Origin: a virus
Direction: 5' to 3' (one strand)
Virus record (IMG/VR): IMGVR_UViG_3300027754_000042
Length of the DNA: 64,000 bases
Both the position numbers and the translations under genes were made by a program. Positions within the stretch are counted from its first letter, which is position 1. Each line of letters opens with the position of its first letter. The notes under the pieces were generated by a model, which saw nothing but the letters and a program-made list of their open reading frames with translations, did no database searches and had not been told where the DNA came from. Shown here piece after piece: positions 58,094 to 64,000 of the stretch.

Positions 58094-58927
58094 ATGACAA
58101 CAAACAAATACTTCCGACCATTCACATACGGGCGTCAGCAGGATCTTGCTGAGGATCTTATCGTGCAAGCGATTAAGATTTATGGACTGGATATAAAGTA
58201 TTTGCCTCGCACTCTTCGCAACGTCGACCCTCTTCTAGGTGAAGACCCAACATCGACGTTTGACGACGCGGTGGATATTGAGGTCTATGTCAAGAATGTC
58301 CAGGGGTTTGAAGGTGAGGGAGATTTTCTATCCAAGTTTAATCTTCAGATCAACGACTCCATCACATTTACGATGGCTCGTAAGCGTTGGAATCAAATCA
58401 CAACCGAGAAGCTCATAACGGAAGTTGGCTATAATTATCAGGTAGAATCCGCTGATACTAACTCTTGGGGCAATACACAGTGTATTATGCTTGAAGCAGG
58501 TAATGGTAATAATTATAGCATTACGACACCACGCCCATTTGAAGGTGACTGGATCTATTTTCCACTGAATAAGAAGCTATACGAAATCAAGTTTGTTGAA
58601 CACGAAGCCATTTTCTATCAGCACGGTAAACTTTACACATATGATTTGAATTGCGAACTCGTGGATCGTATTGGTCCAGATGCTATCGCTACAGGTAACA
58701 CTGACATCGACGCTATTGGTACTCGCTATGACCAGAATATCCTTCTTTACCAGACTATGTTGGAAAACGGTACATATCTGCTAAACGAAGATGGTGGATT
58801 CATGTTAAATGAATACCGTGTAGAGGTTCAGACAATTACAGCCAATAACGAATATTTCACACAAAAATCATTAGATTATATTGATTTTAGCGAGCGCAAC
58901 CCATTCTCTGAGATTGACAGGTACTAA
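58094..58927 (+). CDS. gp14: Neck protein gp14
   Basis: IYG.D..YLPR, GFEGEGDFLSKF, RPFEGD.IYFP, EIKFVEHE..FYQ.GK, DFSERNPF. Confidence 0.95.
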   Translation: MTTNKYFRPFTYGRQQDLAEDLIVQAIKIYGLDIKYLPRTLRNVDPLLGEDPTSTFDDAVDIEVYVKNVQGFEGEGDFLSKFNLQINDSITFTMARKRWNQITTEKLITEVGYNYQVESADTNSWGNTQCIMLEAGNGNNYSITTPRPFEGDWIYFPLNKKLYEIKFVEHEAIFYQHGKLYTYDLNCELVDRIGPDAIATGNTDIDAIGTRYDQNILLYQTMLENGTYLLNEDGGFMLNEYRVEVQTITANNEYFTQKSLDYIDFSERNPFSEIDRY

Positions 58928-59799
58928 TGTTCGGATCACAGTTTTACCACCAATCACTCCGTAAATATGTTATCATGTTTGGTAACATGTTCAACGATAT
59001 CGTGGTCAAGCAGTACAACCGCGATGGAACAACCGCATCAGCGGTTATGGTGCCTATTGCGTATGGTCCAAAAGAGAAATTTTTAGTTCGTACACAGCAA
59101 GATCCTAACCTGGATCAGCAGATTTCAATTCAGTTACCTCGTCTTGCGTTTGAAATGACGACCCTCAATTATGATGGTAGTCGTCGTTTTAACAGTAAGG
59201 GTAAAAATATCGTTGTTACGACAGATAACAACAAAGCTGATTACCAGCATATGCCAGTACCGTATGATTTGACATTTAATCTCTATGCGTATGTGCGTAA
59301 TGCCGATGACGGCGCACAAATCCTTGAGCAAATTGTGCCATATTTTGGACCCGAGTGGACAAACACCGTCAAAGTTATTCCTGGTATGAATTTGTCAATT
59401 GACATTCCTACTGTATTAAACACCGTGTCGATTGAAGATACATATGATGGTAGCTTTGAGAATCGTCGTGCTATCATCTACACGCTTGATTTTACTGTCA
59501 AAGGATACTTCTACGGACCAGTTCGTCGCCAGGGCGTTATCAAACGCGCACAAGTCGATTTTGGTGTGGTTGCAAATACTGCTGGTCCTATTACGTTGGA
59601 CGATGTTGCTCGTACCCCCCGCAGTTCTCGTGTTGTTGTGACGCCAGGACTTCTTGCAAATGGATCGCCGACAACAAACAGCGCATTGTCGATACCATAC
59701 TCACAGATTTCTGCAAATTCAGCTTATGGGTTTGCATCAAATAATTTCTTCTACATTGATGGATTGAAATATAACCCAAGAACAGGTAATGATGAGTGA
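58927..59799 (+). CDS. gp15: Tail sheath stabilizer/terminator gp15
   Basis: FYH.S.RK....FG..FN, VPIAYGPKEKF, LPR..FE, PVPY, QILEQIVPYF.P. Confidence 0.95.
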   Translation: MFGSQFYHQSLRKYVIMFGNMFNDIVVKQYNRDGTTASAVMVPIAYGPKEKFLVRTQQDPNLDQQISIQLPRLAFEMTTLNYDGSRRFNSKGKNIVVTTDNNKADYQHMPVPYDLTFNLYAYVRNADDGAQILEQIVPYFGPEWTNTVKVIPGMNLSIDIPTVLNTVSIEDTYDGSFENRRAIIYTLDFTVKGYFYGPVRRQGVIKRAQVDFGVVANTAGPITLDDVARTPRSSRVVVTPGLLANGSPTTNSALSIPYSQISANSAYGFASNNFFYIDGLKYNPRTGNDE

Positions 59800-60196
59800 C
59801 AAAACTATATTCGAACAGAGCATTGAATCTGCGCTAAATTTACCGATCGACTCGCCTTCTATGGTGCAGCCATTGAAACCAATTGAGGTCGATTCTGATC
59901 TTGATAGCGATTTTGCAACCGCTCGAAATAATCTCCATCAAATTATCAATCAGGGTAGCGATGCTCTGGAAGAGGCTCTTATTGTAGCCAAAACATCTGA
60001 GCACCCTCGTGCGTTTGAGGTTGTTGGTCAGTTAATCAAAACCCTTGTTGATGCTAATAAGGATCTTTTAGACATTCAGAAAAAACTAAAAGACTTGAAA
60101 AAGGTTGACGAAAAAGATGCGCCACAAACAATTAATAATTCGATTTTTGTTGGTAGCACATCTGAGCTGCAGCAACTAATCAACGGGAGAAAGTGA
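59789..60196 (+). CDS. gp16: Terminase small subunit gp16
   Basis: DF..AR.NL, SEHPRAFEV, NNSIFVGSTSELQ. Confidence 0.93.
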   Translation: MMSDKTIFEQSIESALNLPIDSPSMVQPLKPIEVDSDLDSDFATARNNLHQIINQGSDALEEALIVAKTSEHPRAFEVVGQLIKTLVDANKDLLDIQKKLKDLKKVDEKDAPQTINNSIFVGSTSELQQLINGRK

Positions 60197-60342
60197 TGCT
60201 AAAGAAAATCTTACAGGATACCCTATCAAATTCTAATCTTGTTCTTCCTCCACCAGTTCAAACTGGCACTAAAAAACAACCAACAATTGAAGAGCTAAAG
60301 GCTAGAGAAGCTGCCGCACCTAAGAAGAACAAGGTAAGATGA
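60196..60342 (+). CDS. Small basic hypothetical protein (48 aa) between gp16 and gp17
   Basis: Hand-translated MLKKILQDTLSNSNLVLPPPVQ...; TGATG and ATGA coupling on both sides. Confidence 0.5.
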   Translation: MLKKILQDTLSNSNLVLPPPVQTGTKKQPTIEELKAREAAAPKKNKVR

Positions 60343-61958
60343 GCAAGACATATCTTGGTAACCCAAATCTTAAACGATATGGGGTGCCTATTCAGTATAC
60401 CAAAGAGCAGGTTGAAGAGTATATAAAATGTGCAAAAGACGTTGAATATTTTGCTCGGACTTATGTTAAAATCGTCAACGTGGATCACGGCCTTATACCG
60501 TTCAATATGTGGGACTTCCAAGCGAAGATGCTCCACACGTTTGCTGACAACCGCTTTTCTATATGTAAACTGCCTCGTCAGGTTGGTAAGTCTACCACAT
60601 CTATTGCGTACATCCTTTGGCTTGTACTTTTTACGGATCAACAAAATGTTGCAATTCTAGCTAACAAAGGGTCTCTCGCTCGCGATTTATTAGCGAAGCT
60701 TCAGCTCGCATATGAATATCTTCCGATCTGGCTTCAGCAGGGAGTTGTCGTCTGGAACAAGGGCAACATCGAACTAGAGAATGGGTCGAAGGTTCTTGCT
60801 GCGGCCACGTCATCCAGTGCTATCCGCGGAGGCTCATTTAACCTTATCTTCCTTGACGAGTTCGCGCACGTCCAGCGCAATCTAGCTGATGCATTCTTTG
60901 CATCTACATACCCTACCATTTCATCTGGTAAGACGACTAAGATTATAATCGTATCTACGCCACTTGGTATGAATCATTTCTATCGCATGTGGTCAGACGC
61001 CATCGAAGGTAATAGCGAATATGCGCCAGTTGAAATTAACTGGTCGGAGGTCCCAGGGCGTGATGAAGAATGGAAAAAACAGACCATCGCTAATACTAGC
61101 GAAGAACAGTTTCGTCAGGAATTTGAGTGCGAGTTTATCGGTTCGTCTAGCACCCTCATCAACCCTATGAAGCTTCGCGAACTAACACACGTTCGCCCAC
61201 AAAAAGATAAATTTAATCTTGATTACTATGAAGCACCAGATCCAAAGAAATCTTACATTATGGTATTCGACGTGTCCGAAGGTGTAGGTGGCGACTATTC
61301 TGCGCTATCTGTCTTTGATGTGTCGCAAGTCCCATATCGGCAGGTAGCTAAATATAGGGACAAAAATGTCTCGCCACTTTTGTTCCCAGACGTAATTTAC
61401 CGATTTGCTCGCTGGTACAATAACGCATATGTTTTAGGTGAAACAAATAACATTGGGCAGCAGGTTGTCAATTCGTTGTTTATGGATCTGGAATATGAAA
61501 ATGTTATTGCTACGTTTAGTAAGAACAAAGCAATCAAGATTGGTGGTGGGTTTGCCACTAAATCGGCTTTCGGTGTGCGTACCACAAAACAGGTCAAAAA
61601 GATCGGGTGTTCGAATCTGAAGACGATTATCGAAAGCAATAAGCTATTGATAACCGACTTTGACACCATTGAAGAACTTACCACTTTTGTTGAAGACAAA
61701 GACACCTACAAAGCTGAAGAGGGCTGCCACGACGATTTGGCTATGACGTTGGTTCTTTTTGGGTGGCTCATAACGCAGACATATTTCAAAGACCTGATGA
61801 ACAGTGATATTAGGCAAAATTTAGCCCGCGAAACAATGAAAGATGTGCATGACGACTTACTTCCGGTAGGGTTTATAGACGATGGTAGACAGGAAATAGA
61901 AGCCATTGATGACCCAATTCCGACTGGAATGGGCTTCAGCGATTTCAGATTTGGGTAA
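60339..61958 (+). CDS. gp17: Terminase large subunit gp17
   Basis: YLGNPNLK, PRQVGKST, IFLDEFAH, VSTPLG, QEFECEF, DVSEGVGGDYS, HDDLAM. Confidence 0.97.
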   Translation: MSKTYLGNPNLKRYGVPIQYTKEQVEEYIKCAKDVEYFARTYVKIVNVDHGLIPFNMWDFQAKMLHTFADNRFSICKLPRQVGKSTTSIAYILWLVLFTDQQNVAILANKGSLARDLLAKLQLAYEYLPIWLQQGVVVWNKGNIELENGSKVLAAATSSSAIRGGSFNLIFLDEFAHVQRNLADAFFASTYPTISSGKTTKIIIVSTPLGMNHFYRMWSDAIEGNSEYAPVEINWSEVPGRDEEWKKQTIANTSEEQFRQEFECEFIGSSSTLINPMKLRELTHVRPQKDKFNLDYYEAPDPKKSYIMVFDVSEGVGGDYSALSVFDVSQVPYRQVAKYRDKNVSPLLFPDVIYRFARWYNNAYVLGETNNIGQQVVNSLFMDLEYENVIATFSKNKAIKIGGGFATKSAFGVRTTKQVKKIGCSNLKTIIESNKLLITDFDTIEELTTFVEDKDTYKAEEGCHDDLAMTLVLFGWLITQTYFKDLMNSDIRQNLARETMKDVHDDLLPVGFIDDGRQEIEAIDDPIPTGMGFSDFRFG

Positions 61959-61973
61959 CAAAAGTCTCGTTTT

Positions 61974-61981
61974 TATAAATA
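61974..61981 (+). promoter_or_regulatory. Late promoter TATAAATA for the sheath gene
   Basis: Exact consensus upstream of GAGGAG RBS. Confidence 0.8.
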
Positions 61982-62033
61982 AAAGAACAAGAATGAATCG
62001 AAGAATACCTTCGTCTATAGAGGAGATAAGTCT

Positions 62034-63986
62034 ATGCCATTTCAAATCTCTCCCGGAGTTAACGTAAGTGAGATTGATCTTACTACGATTATTCCGGCAG
62101 TCAGCACAACAACAGGAGCTTTTGCGGGACATTACTCTTGGGGTCCTGTAGGCGTTCGCGTTCTTACTGACTCAGAAGATACGCTTGTAAATAATTTCCG
62201 CGTGCCAAACACAAACACTGCTATTGACTTCTTTACCGCTGCAAATTTTTTGTCTTACGGTAATGCGTTATATGTAGCTCGCGTGGTTCGCGATGCAAAC
62301 GCAGCAAATCGTTCAACTGATGTCACAATTGCTCGTAATTCTGTAAGTAACAACTCTCTAGCTACAAACATAATTATCAAAAACATAGATGATTATAATC
62401 AAAATTATTCAAGTGGCATTGTTTCTGCCGGATTGTGGGTGGCTAAGTACCCAGGTAACATCGGCAACACCCTTCGCGTATCTGTTTGCCTTTCATCAAA
62501 TGCTTACGAGTCTACGCTTACTGGAACCGTAGCTTTTGCTAACGGATCAACATCTGCGACAGCATCAGCAAATCAGGCTTCTCGATTGTCAGTCGGTGAT
62601 GTTTTGCTTGCTGGTCCAGATAAAACTGAAGTAATTGTTGCTGGTATTTCAGGCACTGGTACTGTAATTACTTTAAAAAATGCTTATGTTGGCAACAACA
62701 TTACACAATCTTCCGTAGTTCGTCGTTGGGAATTTCATAAGAATGTGAATGGACCACCTGGAACATCTCAAGATGCTGCTCGTCATGGTGGTAGCAATGA
62801 TGAAATGCATATTATTGTTGCCGACGAAGATGGTGTCATCACAGGTTATGCCAATACGGTTCTTGAAGTACACCAAAATATTTCAAAGGCTATTGATACG
62901 CAAAGCGAAAATGGTACAAATATTTACTTTAAGGATTATATCAATCAAAATTCTCGTTGGATTTGGTGGACTTCTAACCCAACAGGATTCCGTGCAGGCC
63001 TCGCTATTAAATCATCGGTCAACTTTAATGCCGCAACTGGAAGTACCAACAAACCAGTAAACTCTTCACTAGGTAAAGGGCGTGATGGATCACTTCCACG
63101 TGAAGCAGATTATATTAATGCATATAATCTATTCAGAAGTGCGGAAGATATTGATATTTCACTTGTTCTTGGTGGTGCATCGACACAAACACGCGCAATT
63201 CACATCATTAATAACATTGTTGAATATCGCAAGGATTGTGTAGCCGTATTATCACCACCATCGGCTTCTGTAGTAAACAACAACGCATATTCTGGTAAAG
63301 AGCAAACTGATATCATTACATTCCGCAATTTGCTACCATCAACATCTTATGCTATCATGGACTCTGGATGGAAGTATCAATATGACAAGTACAATGACGT
63401 TTATCGTTATATACCTTGTAACGGCGACGTTGCTGGTCTCATGGTTCGTACAGACAATGATCGTGATCCTTGGTGGTCTCCTGCTGGCTACAATCGCGGT
63501 GGCATTAAGAATGCTATCAAGATGGCTTATAACCCAGGTAAGGCTGATCGTGACCAGCTATACAAGAACGGTATCAATCCAATTGTGACGTTCCCAGGTC
63601 AGGGTACAATTTTATTTGGTGATAAGACAATGCTTTCAAAGCCATCAGCTTTCGACCGCATCAATGTTCGTCGTCTATTCATTGTGCTTGAAAAAGCCAT
63701 TGCAACTGCTGCTAAGTTCACATTGTTTGAATTCAACGATGCATTCACACGCGCACAGTTCAAGGCTCTAGTAGAACCATTCCTTCGTGACGTTCAGGGG
63801 CGTCGTGGTATCACGGACTTCCGTGTGGTTTGCGACGAAACAAACAACACAGGCGAAGTTATCGACCGCAATGAGTTTATTGGTGATATCTACATCAAGC
63901 CAGCTCGTTCAATTAACTTCATTCAGCTTAACTTCGTGGCAGTACGTTCAGGCGTAGATTTCACCGAAGTGGTAGGAAAGTTCTAA
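62034..63986 (+). CDS. gp18: Tail sheath protein gp18
   Basis: SPGV.V.E.DLT, WGP, FL.YG, YDKYND, PWWSPAG.NRG, LY..GINP, FDRINVRRLF, FEFND, IKPARSINFI. Confidence 0.97.
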   Translation: MPFQISPGVNVSEIDLTTIIPAVSTTTGAFAGHYSWGPVGVRVLTDSEDTLVNNFRVPNTNTAIDFFTAANFLSYGNALYVARVVRDANAANRSTDVTIARNSVSNNSLATNIIIKNIDDYNQNYSSGIVSAGLWVAKYPGNIGNTLRVSVCLSSNAYESTLTGTVAFANGSTSATASANQASRLSVGDVLLAGPDKTEVIVAGISGTGTVITLKNAYVGNNITQSSVVRRWEFHKNVNGPPGTSQDAARHGGSNDEMHIIVADEDGVITGYANTVLEVHQNISKAIDTQSENGTNIYFKDYINQNSRWIWWTSNPTGFRAGLAIKSSVNFNAATGSTNKPVNSSLGKGRDGSLPREADYINAYNLFRSAEDIDISLVLGGASTQTRAIHIINNIVEYRKDCVAVLSPPSASVVNNNAYSGKEQTDIITFRNLLPSTSYAIMDSGWKYQYDKYNDVYRYIPCNGDVAGLMVRTDNDRDPWWSPAGYNRGGIKNAIKMAYNPGKADRDQLYKNGINPIVTFPGQGTILFGDKTMLSKPSAFDRINVRRLFIVLEKAIATAAKFTLFEFNDAFTRAQFKALVEPFLRDVQGRRGITDFRVVCDETNNTGEVIDRNEFIGDIYIKPARSINFIQLNFVAVRSGVDFTEVVGKF

Positions 63987-64000
63987 TTTAGGCGAATAAA

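Noticed and set aside
1-64000. Alternative genetic code or prophage/host chromosomal context
   Set aside because: Core genes are full length in the standard code; bacterial-like genes are embedded among T4 core genes behind phage late promoters; no integrase or host housekeeping block was seen

Overview
This window is part of a large T4-like myovirus genome, probably infecting an alphaproteobacterium. The host inference rests on a circularly permuted two-piece tmRNA with an ANDN...LAA tag. The left part (1-18.2 kb) holds accessory and replication genes: a DenV-like glycosylase, thyX, a late-promoter-driven csgF-csgG-curlin-FecR-curlin-CHASE2 adenylate cyclase operon, two YvrJ/holin-like paralogs flanking an AT-rich carbamoyltransferase, phoH, a Cas4-like exonuclease, tmRNA, tRNA-Gln, kdsA and gp33/gp59/gp32. 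The centre (18.2-50 kb) is the tail/baseplate module: two tape-measure-like proteins (one with two predicted peptidoglycan hydrolase domains), gp51, gp26, gp54, gp2, gp4, gp48, gp53, gp27, a gp5 split into separate ORFs, gp25, gp6, gp7, gp8, a VrlC-like giant protein, a fibre and a gp38-like glycine-rich adhesin. At 50-57.3 kb lies an enzyme island: three PP-loop ATPases, a desaturase/hydroxylase, two 2OG-Fe(II) oxygenases and two orphan TctC-like binding proteins. The window ends with gp13-gp18. The main hunt results are the curli-like/FecR/cyclase trans-envelope module, the permuted tmRNA, a putative -1 frameshift joining gp26 to gp51, a perfect antisense sigma70 promoter facing the late baseplate genes, probable leaderless late mRNAs and the post-fibre enzyme island. 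All calls come from motif recognition and synteny by eye; no searches were run.
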